NCBI GenBank assembly: GCA_043228905.1
Contig: JBHGNT010000012.1
Coordinates: 14,694,001 to 14,758,000, forward strand
Source: Azolla caroliniana
Taxonomy: Eukaryota; Plantae; Polypodiophyta
Direction of reading: 5' to 3'
Length of the DNA stretch: 64,000 nucleotides
Shown piece by piece: positions 1 to 11,175 of the stretch. The notes below the pieces were generated by a model. That model searched no databases. It saw only the letters and a list, made by a program, of their open reading frames with translations, and was not told the origin of the DNA. Positions within the stretch are counted from its first letter, which is position 1. Each line of letters starts with the position of its first letter. A program made the translations under genes and the position numbers.

Positions 1-222
1 CTATCTAGACTTTAGCGGGATCCATGGAGATGTCTTCCGCAGAGATGACATAACCCAGAAATTCCACCTGGTTGCACCCGAAACTACATTTTTCCAGCTT
101 TGCATAAAGACCATGTTCTCGAACTTGTTTTAGTACTAACAATACATGAGAATCATGCTCTTCTTGGGCCTTCGAATAAACCAATAGATCATCCGAATAG
201 ATGATCAAACAAACATCCAATA
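1..222 (-). pseudogene. Ty3/gypsy (chromovirus/Tf2-like, element G1) RT C-terminal fragment
   Basis: Translation LLDVCLIIYSDDLLVYSK...LYAKLEKCSF...VEFLGYVIS...MDPAKV is the gypsy RT YxDD region; it continues the RT interrupted at 3946. Confidence 0.88.
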
Positions 223-3200
223 GATCACGTCCGACGATCAACATATCATCCATATATAGGAGGAGTATCAAGAAATCTCCTCCATCAAATTTCTTCACAA
301 GCACACAGTGATCGGCATGCGTCTTGTGGTACCCTTGGTCGGTCATGAAGAAGTCGAACTTCCGGTACCATTTCCGGGGAGCTTGCTTCAATCCGTACAG
401 GCTCTTCTTCAGCCGGCACACTAGGTGCTCCTTCCCTTTCTTCTCAAATCCTTCTGGTTGATGCATGTACATCTCTTCTTCGAGGTCTCCATGTAGGAAT
501 GCCGTCTTGACGTCCAGTTGCTCTACCTCGAGATCCATGCTTGCCGCTATGCTCAATACCGTCCGGATGGATGTCATTTTTACTACCGGGGAAAAGATCT
601 CATCGAAGTCTATTCCTTTCTTCTGCTGGAAGCCCTTCACCACGATCCGGGCTTTGTATCTAGGTGGGTTTCTGGCATCTCCCGGTTTCAACTTATACAC
701 TCACTTGTTCCAAAGTGCCCTCTTTCCTTTCAGCAACTCCATCAATTCATATGTGTGGTTCTCATGCAAGGAATCCATCTCGTCCTGCATGGCACTCAAC
801 CACTTGCGGCTGTGGGTGTCTCTCTTTGCTTCTTCGAAGCTTTCCGGCTCCCCCTCATCGGTTAGCAACACATGCTCTGCATCCGGAAATCTCCGGGTGA
901 CCCTTCTCTCTCGGAGAGGATATCTCTTTCCAGGGAGAGCATATCTCCATCCCTGGTTTCTGACCACTGGTGCCTCCGTTTGTTCCTCATCCGAATCCAA
1001 TTCGGGATCTTGACCAGTTCCGGTGTCTTCTTCTTCTTCTTCTTCGGTCGGTTCGGCTTCTTGTCCATATCTGGCCGGTTCATCGAGTGTCATCCGGATA
1101 CCGGATAACATCCGGTTTTCAACCGGGTAAGTCCTTGTGTCCTCAAGCTGGGTTTCATTGGATGATCTGGAGTTCATCACCTTCGTCTCTGACTCCTAGG
1201 TGGCAATGGTCTTGTCTTCCATGAAGACTATGTCTCGACTCCAGAACACCTTCTTGTCGACTAGATCCCACACCCGGTAACCAAACTCATCATCGCCGTA
1301 TCCAAGGTATATGCATGGCCTGGACTTTGAATCCAACTTTGCTCTCTTGTCCTTTGCTACATGCACATATGCGAGACACCCAAACACCTTCAGATGCTGG
1401 TAAGACACGTCCTTACCGGTACATACTCTTTGTGGTGTGTCTCCATCCAATGGGACTGAGGGCGATTTGTTTATCACATAGGTCGCCTTCGTCAGCGCCT
1501 CAGCCCAAAACGTCTTGGGAAACTTTGCATGTGCTAGCATGCTTCGAACTCTCTCCATCACGGTCCGGTTCATCCGTTAGACCAGCCCCTTCAATTCTAG
1601 CATCTTCGGCATGGTGAATTTGAGCCGGATTCGCTTCGACTGGTAGTACTCCTCGAATGGTCCCTGGTATTCTCCTCCATTGTCCGCTTGAACCGCCTTC
1701 AGCTTCCGACCAGTTTCTCTTCCACTCTTGTGTGGAGCTCCTTGAAGACAGATAACACCTGATCCTTTGTCTTCAACGGTGAGATCCACAGCTTCCGGTT
1801 CTGGTCATTTATGAACGTCACGAAGTACTGTGATCCAGCATGTGACTTCGTGTCCACTTGACACACATCGGTAAACACCAGCTCCAGTGGTGCATTCCAT
1901 CTCATCGGTGATGTTGACCAGAAGGATTTTCAGTTTTGCTTGCTAACCAAGCAATCGGTGCACTTCTCAAGTTGCACGTCCTTCACCGGAATGAGATTGT
2001 CTTCGGCAAGTCTCTTCATCCCCTTCTGACTCATGTGACACAACGTCTCCTGCCACAGCTCACCGATAGTGTCGGATGCTACATTCACTTCTTCTCGGCA
2101 TATCCGGGCATGCATCAGATATAGTGTGTTGACTTTCTAGGGTCGAGCCACTATTAGGCTCCCTTTGCTAAACTTCATACCTCCGTTTCGGATGATACCC
2201 GTGTAGCCTTCATCATCTAGCCGACCGGCTGATATCAGGTTCAGTCGAACCTTTGGAATGTGTCAGAAATCCTTCAGCAGCAACTTGCATCCAATTGATG
2301 TCATCAACAACACCTCTCCTAAGCCGATAATTCGGCATGTACCTTCATTCCCCATCTGGACACAATTGGTATCTCTGGTTGTGTAGGATGAGAAGCATCT
2401 CCGGTCTGGTGTTAGGTGGAACGACGCTCCGGAATCGACAACACATGTTGTCTCGTCCCCGATAAGGTTTAACTCATTCTCCTTGGTAGTGAGCATCAGT
2501 TCTTCTTCACTTATCATGATCGCCGACGTTCCTTTTCAATCTGGGCCTCTCCGGTCCGAACTCTTCTTCGAATCGGTAGTGTCGGTTTCTTTCTCTTTCT
2601 AGAAATGCCGACAGTTCTTCTGGAAGTGCCCTGGCTTCCCACAGTAGAAGCACGTGGGCCTCCCCCTTGACTTTGACTTCGTTCCCGATTTTTCCTGGTT
2701 TTGGGGACTCTGATACCAGCCTCTTCCCCGGTTGTGGTCATCTTCCGTGATCAAGTCCTTTGGATCGGTTCCGGATTCCCGGTCCTTCCCGCAAGTTTCT
2801 TCATCTAGCAAGCTTGATTGTCCACTTGCTTGAGACAATTGTTTTCCTTCTGGCCCAACGTTGCCCAACGTGACAACTAACATCTCCCAGCTATCTGGGA
2901 GGGAATCGAGTAGGAGCGACGCGAGTACCTCATCGGCCAGAGGTACTTCCAACAAAGTTGCTTGGAGTATTAGTCCCTGGAAGGCATTCTCCCGCTTCGC
3001 CATACTGGAGCCGTCTTGGTGCTAGAGCCTCACTAGCTTCCGGAATACCGAAACCCGATTAATGGCATTCTCGTTCTGGAACATGATGTCGATCTTCTCC
3101 CAAAGTTCATGAGCCTTACTTTCTTCATTGAAGGTGTTGTACAGGCTCATGTCGATGAAGCACCAGATGTATGTCATTGTCTTCATGTGCATCACCTCCC

Positions 3201-3365
3201 ACACTGTGGCATCGATCTTATCTGGTTTCTTGTCCCCGAACTGAATCGGCAACCAAAGATCTTTAACCACCAGCATATCCCTCATCTTCGACTTGCACAC
3301 TGAGTAGTTGGAGCCGGTGAGCTTGAACATGCCGCTGAACGATTCTTCCATTTCCTATGTTGTTT

Positions 3366-3377
3366 GCTCTGATACCA
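3366..3377 (-). promoter_or_regulatory. tRNA-iMet primer binding site of T1
   Basis: gctctgatacca = reverse complement of TGGTATCAGAGC, next to the LTR and just upstream of the gag ATG. Confidence 0.92.
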
Positions 3378-3379
3378 GA

Positions 3380-3945
3380 TTCTAGAGAATAGTACGGAAT
3401 ATTGCCCAACCACAACCAAGTCTTCAATCACTTCGTTTCAGAATCAAACACAGACATGGGAATAGAGATGAATACACATACACCAAAAAGACAATACACA
3501 TGATGTTTATGTGGATAACCTTGAATGGGAAAAACCACGGGAGCCCACAGACTCTAAACTAATACTATATGAGAAAGGTACAGTCAGAGACTCGGAGGCA
3601 ATGACCTCAAGCCCTGTTTCTTCACCAAGCGGCGGTTACAACATAGTATCACTCTGTATCTCCACTCTCGCTCTCTCTCTGTACAACAGTTAAGCGCATA
3701 CCACAATATGACAACATCTGTACACTACACAAAGTGATTGCCCTAAGTCATATTTATACTTATATGAACTTAGGGTTATTTACAAATATAGCCTCAATTG
3801 GCTTACTCACAACATATTTACAAATATGTCTTCTCTTCTGGTTCTCACCGGGTCCAACCGATCTAGTTTCCGGATCTCTTCCAATTCTCACCGGGCCCTC
3901 TTTATTCATAACCGGATCCCATCCGGAGGGACCGATTTCCCAACA
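3380..3945 (-). repeat. 5' LTR of T1
   Basis: On minus it starts TGTTGGGAAATCGGTCCC, like the 56270 LTR (TGTTGGGATTACGGTCCC), and shares internal blocks (ggaaaaaccacggga, gccctaagtcatattta). Confidence 0.85.
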
Positions 3946-6108
3946 TATATCTGGTGCAAAATGTGGTCTTCCATTCATCTCCTGGTCGGATCCGTACGAG
4001 GTTATATGCTCCTCATAAGTCGATCTTTGTGAAGAACCTTGCACCATTGATCCGTTCTAAAAGTCTTGAGATAAGGGATAGTGCATACCTATTATTGATA
4101 GTGACCTTATTCAAGCCACGGTAATCTACGACAAGACGAAGAAAATGGATGCGTCGTCTGGAGATTTCGAATGTCGAATGAAAATATTTGCCAAATTATC
4201 CTCTATATAGGCTCGAAGGACTTCTAGCTCGGTTGGTGACAAATTGTAGATAGATCCCCATGGTGGCTCTTTTCCCGGTTCTAAATCGATGGGGCAATGA
4301 TATGGCCGATGGTGAGGAAGCGTTTGGGCTTGTACTTTATCGAACACATCCTTGCGTCATTCCTCACGCAACTGATGTAGCAAAATGGTTGCAATCTTAT
4401 GAGTAGATCCTCAAGTTTGTTGATACCGGATCTCTCTTGTTCTCCAATCTATGTCTGGGTTATGTAATTCGAACCATGGTAATCCCGAAACAATGGGATG
4501 TTCTAGGATACTAATTATATTAAATGATACTACACAAGCTAAATTATCTAGGGCAATATTAATGGGCTCTAACTCTTCTATGATATTTCCAGAAGCAATG
4601 GAACGACCATCAATGACTACTACAGAGGCTAGAGACAGGAGTTTTCTTGGGCATATCTGATGAGCTTGGGCAAAATTCCTATCCATGAAGCAAGATTTAG
4701 CTCCGGAATCTAGGAGTGTTGAGACATGTACTGGAGAGGTACTTTTAGTACTAACTATTACTTGGGCTAAGAACACATTGCTAACTTGCTTAGAGGGAAT
4801 GGAACCACTAATGGGCTGCACAGATCTAGGGTTGTCCAACTAAATGGCTCCTATTTTGGCTAGACTTAATCGTTTAACGCTTCTTCTAGTTGACTAAGGA
4901 TTTCAAATTTGTTTGAAAGGCTTGGACTATTAGGAATATTAGACACACCTAGAGAAATAGATTAAGGTTTAGTACTATTAATACTAGCGGTTATTTGGTT
5001 TACTTGCCTTCTTGGTGGATGGGGTTAGTTCACTGCAATATGCCCCGGTCCACCGCAATAAATACATAATCGATTTGCCCGGCATCGTTGGTTTTCTTCT
5101 TCCGATAGGGGTCCACGACGATGTGTGGTGTCGATTTCCATTGGAGTTGGAGTATTTGTTGGAGACGTATTAAATGACTCCCTCAGGAAAGGCTTTGTTA
5201 CAACTGAAGCATAGCTGGGCTCCGATCTTGCCCTCGGCATTTGAAACTCACGTTTCAAACGTCGTTGGAAGAGGCGATTATCCAATCGTACTACACGACT
5301 GATTTCTTCTATCAATGACTTTGGTTCTTCGGGGAAGGTCAAGAGTAAATCCCTGACATCGTTACGTAGGCCATAACAAAATTGCTCCATTAATGCTTGA
5401 TCATCCCACGGGATATCGGAGGCGAGTAGATGGAAATCTGCGGTGTATGCGGAGGCTGGATGATCACCTTGACGTAATTATCGGATTTTGTTGATTGTTA
5501 TCCTTATGCTATCAGTATCTCCATAATTGGCTTTAAACTCACTTATAAACTCTTCAAAATTGTTTAGTAATGGAGATTCCTTTTCTAACAACGGGGCGAA
5601 CCATGCCAAAGTTGAGCCACTTAACAATGTGCCTACTAGACCCACTCGTGATGCATCAATGGGATATCAGGAAGGATGCATTTGAATGACTAATCGTACC
5701 TGATTAAGCAAACCTCTAAACTATGATCGCATTCCATCGAATTTCATAGGAAGGCCGATCTTGGGTTCTTTATGAATCCCTTGCGTACTTGGTCCTTGTT
5801 GTTGCAATGCTACAATGGTCGCTTCTAGCTATTGCACGCGTAATGCTAGTTTCCCATGTTGTTGTTGCGTCTGTTGCTTCTCTAAGGAGATTTGTTGAAG
5901 CTCCCCTAATGGCCGTTGATTTTCTTGTTCCAATGCTAGAAACTTCTCTTTCAAGCATTTCAACTCTGAGAAAACGGATTGATATTCTTGAGCGCTAACA
6001 ATGGGCGTAGTATGAGAGAAAGAGGAATACGAGATTAGTATGAAGGGAGGGAGAAGTAAGAAGATAAACGGAAGAGAAGGAAGGAGACTACTACAAAGCG
6101 GTTCAAAC

Positions 6109-6558
6109 TATCAGGAACAGTACTAAGACAGAGAAGTACTGTCAAGAACAATACTAAGATAGAGAAGGAATTAGTCCTAAGAGATTAGGAATAGTACTAA
6201 GGGAGGTTTAGAACTCTCGAGAGAAGGAAAGAGTGAGTGAGAGAGAGAGATAGAGAGAGAAAGAGAATGATGATAACAAACAATATATTTTATGTGAAGA
6301 GAATATACAAGGATGGCTAGGAGGCTTAAGACTGGCGTTGACTCGATTAAGTTCGAAATAATGCCTTGTGCCTCCTTTTATAGTGTTCTTAGGAGTACTC
6401 ATGAAGTTTCTAGAAATAATCTGGAATATACATCAATTTTCTATAGTAAAACTTAAATGAAAATAGTATCCTTTGTATCACAAACATATAGTCTAATGGT
6501 CAAGAGCTCGACCCATGTAACATAAGGTCATGGATTCGAGTCTTGCCATATCATGACA
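6109..6558 (-). repeat. 5' LTR of G1
   Basis: TGTCA start at 6558, TATAAAA at 6382-6376, CT-rich U5; the inner terminus is duplicated (6109-6139 ~ 6140-6170), so the inner boundary is ambiguous. Confidence 0.65.
6482..6553 (+). other. Degenerate tRNA-like (A-box/B-box) segment inside the G1 LTR
   Basis: TAGTCTAATGGTCAAGA ... GGTC ATGGATTCGAGTC at tRNA spacing; stems poorly preserved. Confidence 0.45.
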
Positions 6559-8029
6559 CCAACTTTGGAAGACACTTATGAAAAGAAGGTCGCCACCACA
6601 AACCTTCTTTACAACCTTCATGGAAATCGACCGAAAAGCCGAAATGGGAGTTGGTTGCCAAAATCGGTTAGAAAGACGAAATAAGAGTCAGTTGGCCTAA
6701 ATCGACCGAAATCAAAATGGGATTTGGTCGAACAGTAGTCAACGGAATAGAATTACAAACAATTATACACACATATATACACATAGTCATATATATATGT
6801 AAGATAAGTTAGTATATATATAGAGAGAGTCGTATTAGCTGCATATATATGTGGGATAACTCTTTGAGAAGAAACAGTGAGAGAAGTGCGAAAGTGAACC
6901 CATCTCGGTTTTCTCCTTTTACGTGATTTTTTCACCATTGCCAAAAATCTTCACGACACTGTAGTGGTGAGGTAGGTGTGAACCTCGTGTCGACCATTGT
7001 TTCAAAATCCTATTTTTATGTTCTAGGGAGAATGTTCACACAAGTCTCCCGCCAGATTGTTCTTTTATTTAAGTTGAATGCTAATCCCCATGTTGGACGA
7101 TTATGTTGGCAGGACTCATGTGCGTCAAATGAGGGTGAGTTGATTAATATTATTAGAAGTTGCAAAATTTGGATGTTGGCTCCAATCGGGCTCTAGGACA
7201 TTGAGATCGGTTGAATGAAGTGCCTCATCGCCTGGAGCATCCCAATTTCTATCAATTGTTACTTTATTTGGTCTTGAAAAAAGTGTCCAATTGAAATGTA
7301 ATGACATGGACCTTTGCCGCACTCCAAGGAAGTGAAGCCATAGGCAATTGGGGGTGCATCACAAACCGTTGATGAAATTGTTGATTACAGAACTAAGAGA
7401 GATGCCATGAATGTTGAAGGGTGGGGAACTTTGTTAGGGGGTCAGAAATTGAACTTGACCATCCTCGTGATGTGATGGGTGTGGTGGCAGACCATGCCAA
7501 CATCTTGTTGTAGATTTATGGGAGTAGGGGGATGTCGACTCGATGTTTGGTTGCAATTTTTGGGCAATAGTTGTACAAGTAGGTGAGGAGCAAGGGAAGC
7601 TCAGAAAACATAGAATGTATTTTGGGGAAGGTGGGATGATGTGGATGGTGGAGTGGTGGAGTGGTGGCCTTGGCATGGGATGAGGCATGTCACGAAGGAG
7701 TAGGGAAGTGGGTGGTGGGTGGCGCGCATGTGGGGTTTTGGCTGAACATGGGGTGGCCGGGGTTAGGGATATTATATTATCTGTTGAGAATCAAACTCAA
7801 CTTCCCTAGTGTAGGAACACACCCTAGTATACTCAAGTGTGAACACCCCACTTCCTAATATAGTAACTAGTGTGTCATAGAACCTTAAAGTTCTACGACA
7901 CATTTTCAGTGTAGTTAAGTTTGCACCTCTCTTTAGTGACTGGTGGTTGTATAGAGAGAAGGTGACTATATAAGCACTTTTCTCTCCCTCTTTGTAAGAG
8001 TTGGTTGTCTTATTCTTGTTAATACAACT

Positions 8030-8910
8030 CTCCGATGAACAACGCTCCGCCACAACTAAGCTTAGAATCAAACACAGAAAAACGGGTAATGAAACGCACA
8101 ACACAATGGAGAGAAGAGTACACAGGATGTTAACATGGAAAACCCAAACTAGGGGAAAAAACCACGGCAGCCCATAGACTGCAAACTATCTCTATATAAG
8201 AATGTACAATAGTGGAGCACCGAGGCAATGACCTCGAGCTTGCTATCTTCGCCACAAGCGGCGGTTACAACAGAGATACGAACTCTTCGTCTCTTTCTCT
8301 CTCTCTCTCTCTCTCTATACACTGTTGCGCTCTAATCTTGCGCCAACAAGATTGACAACAACAACATATACTAAGTTTGCCCTAAGTCACATTTATACTA
8401 ATATGATTTTTCGGCTATTTACAAATATAGCCCCGATGGACTCTCAGAAACATATTTACGAATATGTCCCTTCATCCGATGAGCACTTCTCACCGGGCCT
8501 TCACCATCCGGCTCTTGTTGGGTACTACTCATCCGGTTCTCACCGGGTCTTCACCATCCGGCTCTTGCCGGGTACTACTCATCCGGTTCTCACCGGGTCT
8601 TCCGTAGTCGGGTACTCTTCATCCGGTTCTCACTGGGTCTTCCGAAGTCGGGTACTCTTCATCCGGTTCTCACCAGGTCTTCACCATCCAGCTCTTGCCG
8701 GGTACTACTCATCTGGTTCTCACCGGGTCTTCCGTTGTCGGGTACTCTTCATCCGGTTCTCATCGGGTCTTCCGAAGTCGGGTACTCTTCATCCGGTTCT
8801 CATCGGGTCTTCCGAAGTCGGGTACTCCACATCCGGTTTCGGCCTCGGCCGAGTTTGCTCATCACTACTGTTCTTCTCACTTCCCTTCCGGAGGGACCTG
8901 TTTCCTAACA
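8030..8910 (-). mobile_element. Tork/Tnt1-like solo LTR (T3)
   Basis: Minus-strand start TGTTAGGAAACAGGTCCC; homologous to the T1 and T2 LTRs; candidate TSD CAACT (8025-8029 / 8911-8915); the terminus at 8030 is non-canonical. Confidence 0.75.
8474..8840. repeat. Tandem minisatellite of 40- and 50-bp units in the T3 U3 region
   Basis: atccggttct or a near-identical 10-mer recurs at 8531, 8581, 8621, 8661, 8711, 8751, 8791 and 8831. Confidence 0.92.
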
Positions 8911-9029
8911 CAACTTTCTCTTGTTTTCTATATAACTTTGTTTTCCTCTCTCTCTCTCCCTCTCTCTCGGCTATACACACACACACACATATCTCTTCCA
9001 CTGCACAGAATCATATCCGAATCTTTACA

Positions 9030-9041
9030 TGGTATCTGAGC
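9030..9041 (+). promoter_or_regulatory. tRNA-iMet PBS of copia X
   Basis: TGGTATCTGAGC (1 mismatch) directly after the LTR CA. Confidence 0.85.
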
Positions 9042-11175
9042 GATTGGTAGCTTGATCCATGCTGTGTATATGCCGGCGTTCACAAGGAACCGACCGATCG
9101 CTATAGCAGCAATCTACAGAGTTCGTATCAAGAGAAGAAGAAGAAGAAGAAGGAAACAAACTCGCTCCATACAAATCGATGAACATGAATACTTATGGGA
9201 AGCGCACTTCCCACCAAGAAACTCGAAAGAAACAACTTTGCATATTGGGAATACAAGCTGCAGCAATATCTTGTCGGTCAAGGCTATTGGAGTTATGTTG
9301 AAGGAGCACAAGAAACGCAACCTAACCCAACACATGCCGACAAGATTTGAACAATATACAATTGAGGGACATGTTAATCGATAGCTACACCTTCAAAATC
9401 AAGGAGTTGTGTGATGCCCTCGGGTCCATTAACGTCAACATCAACAACGATGAAATGGTGCAGATATGCCTCGGTTGCTTAGCACCTTAGTTCAGCGCGA
9501 TAAGGTTGACCAGCCTCGCAAGGGGGAATCCTCCCTCCTTCTTCGATCTCCACTCGATGCTACTGGTCAAAGAAAATAATGTTTGAACAAGAAGCAATGT
9601 GTAAGAAGGACACATGCTCTATTCGAATTTCGATGGAGGAAGAGGACAAAATCGTGGAAGAAGAGGTTGATTCTATCAAGGCCGACACAACCAAGAGCAA
9701 CTCCGAGAACACAACAACTACTACCGGCAAGACGGTTGAAACGTGCGAGGCGGAGTGTCTCATAGAAGGGGGAGCAATCAGTCCAGACCAAGCCAACAAA
9801 ACAACTCCGCTCAATGCAGATATTGTGGAAAAGTCGGCCACCACGAGGCAGAGTGTCACAAAAAGAAGAGGGAGTCGGCCTCCAGAAGCCGACAACTCCC
9901 CAACTATGCCTCAAACTTCGACTACGACGATCGTAGCGGAATGTTCATGATGCGGCATAGAGCAAATTCGATGACGGCATCATGCCTAACAAGCACCTCC
10001 AACTCAGAAAATGTATGGTTTGTCAATTTGGGTGCATCCAATCACATGTTGTCTCATAAAGATTGGTTTCGAGAATTACAAAAACCCAAACAACCCGGCT
10101 ATGTGGAAACAGGGAATAACACAATCCACCCCATTTAGCATGTCGGAAAGGTCCCTTTCAATGAAGAGGGCAATCAGAACTACATCAAGAATGTATTGCA
10201 TGTTCCAACTATAACGAAGAATAGGTCTCGGTTGGTCATATCATGGAACAAGGCATGCAAGTTCGATTTAACAACGGTGGCCGCTTCATCGAAAAGGAAG
10301 GTTTAATTATCGCTCGCGGTCAAAGAGAAGGTCGAATGTTCATCCTCGATTCTCACGAGATGAAATCGGCAATTCATACCAAGGGTCGTAAAGCCGACAC
10401 CGACATAAATTTGTGGCACAAATGAATCGGCCACATCAATCTCCAAAAGTTCAAAGGAATGCAATTGAAAGGAGTCGTCATCGAACTCCCGACTCTTACC
10501 GAAAAGGAGATTGTAGGCGTATGTGAAGCCTGTCAATTTGGCAAACAACATCGTCAACCATTTCCGAAAGAGAGGAACGTAAGCAAAGGGATCCTGGATG
10601 TAGTACATTTAGATGTATGAGGACCACCGCAAACAGTAACATTTGGTGGTTGCCAATATTATGTGATGTTCATCGACGACTTCTCCAGGCACACTTAGAT
10701 CTACCCTATGTGGTAGAAGAGTGAAGTGTTCAGACACTTCCAAAAATTCAAAAATGAAATCGAAAAGGCAATCAGTTGGCATGTTCAATGCCTTCGATCG
10801 GATGAAGGCAAGGAGAATTTCTCTGATGCCTTCACAACATACCTTCGACAAGAAGGAATTCGGCAAGAGTTCACTTGCCGACACACGTCAACAAAACAAA
10901 GTAGTTGAACGAAAGAATCGGTATATACTTGAGGTGGCAAGGGAAATGATGAACAAGAAACATTTGTCGAAATCATACTAGGATGAAGTGGCAAACACGA
11001 CCGTTTATCTAATGAATCGGTGCATAACATCCGGAGTGCACGATGTCACCCCCCACGAGAAGTTCTATGGAAAGAAGTAAGATCTATCCCACGTACGGAT
11101 ATTCGGCTCTATCACGTTTGTACACATTCCTGATGAAAAGTGGCAAAAGCTCAATCCAAAATCGGAGAAGTGTAT
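9042..11175 (+). pseudogene. Degenerate copia gag-protease-integrase of element X (5' half)
   Basis: CRYCGKVGHHEAEC knuckle, WFVNLGASNHM protease, CEACQFGK and integrase core; truncated at KLNPKSEKC. Confidence 0.9.

Larger units (their letters stand above)
223..3945 (-). mobile_element. 3'-truncated, degenerate Ty1/copia element (Tork/Tnt1-like, T1) inserted in G1
   Basis: 5' LTR, PBS, gag with zinc knuckle (CFYCGKPGHFQKNC), protease (VVDSGASFH), integrase and RT up to YMDD; many stops and frameshifts; colinear with the 56270-61631 element. Confidence 0.93.
3946..6558 (-). mobile_element. 5' part of degenerate Ty3/gypsy chromovirus-like element G1 (LTR, gag, protease, RT N-terminus)
   Basis: gag with PTPMEID and CIYCGGPGH (5025-5390); protease LLDSGA (4411-4839); RT start LPHHRPYHCPIDL and KIDLxGAYNLVRIRPGDEWKT; LTR ~6109-6558 beginning TGTCATGA on minus. 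Confidence 0.88.
7782..9029 (+). repeat. 5' LTR of outer copia element X (internally deleted, interrupted by a solo LTR)
   Basis: Starts TGTTGAGAAT like 56140; ~7790-8024 matches ~62178-62411; ~8930-9029 matches the ~62425 and ~62740-62812 blocks; ends CTTTACA directly before a PBS. Confidence 0.85.

Noticed and set aside
6560-7780. Unassigned segment with short ORFs
   Set aside because: No recognisable motif or termini; cannot support a call.
8474-8840. CRISPR-like array
   Set aside because: No unique spacers, eukaryotic LTR context, no cas genes.
8325-9050. 241-aa ORF
   Set aside because: Artefact of the LTR minisatellite.
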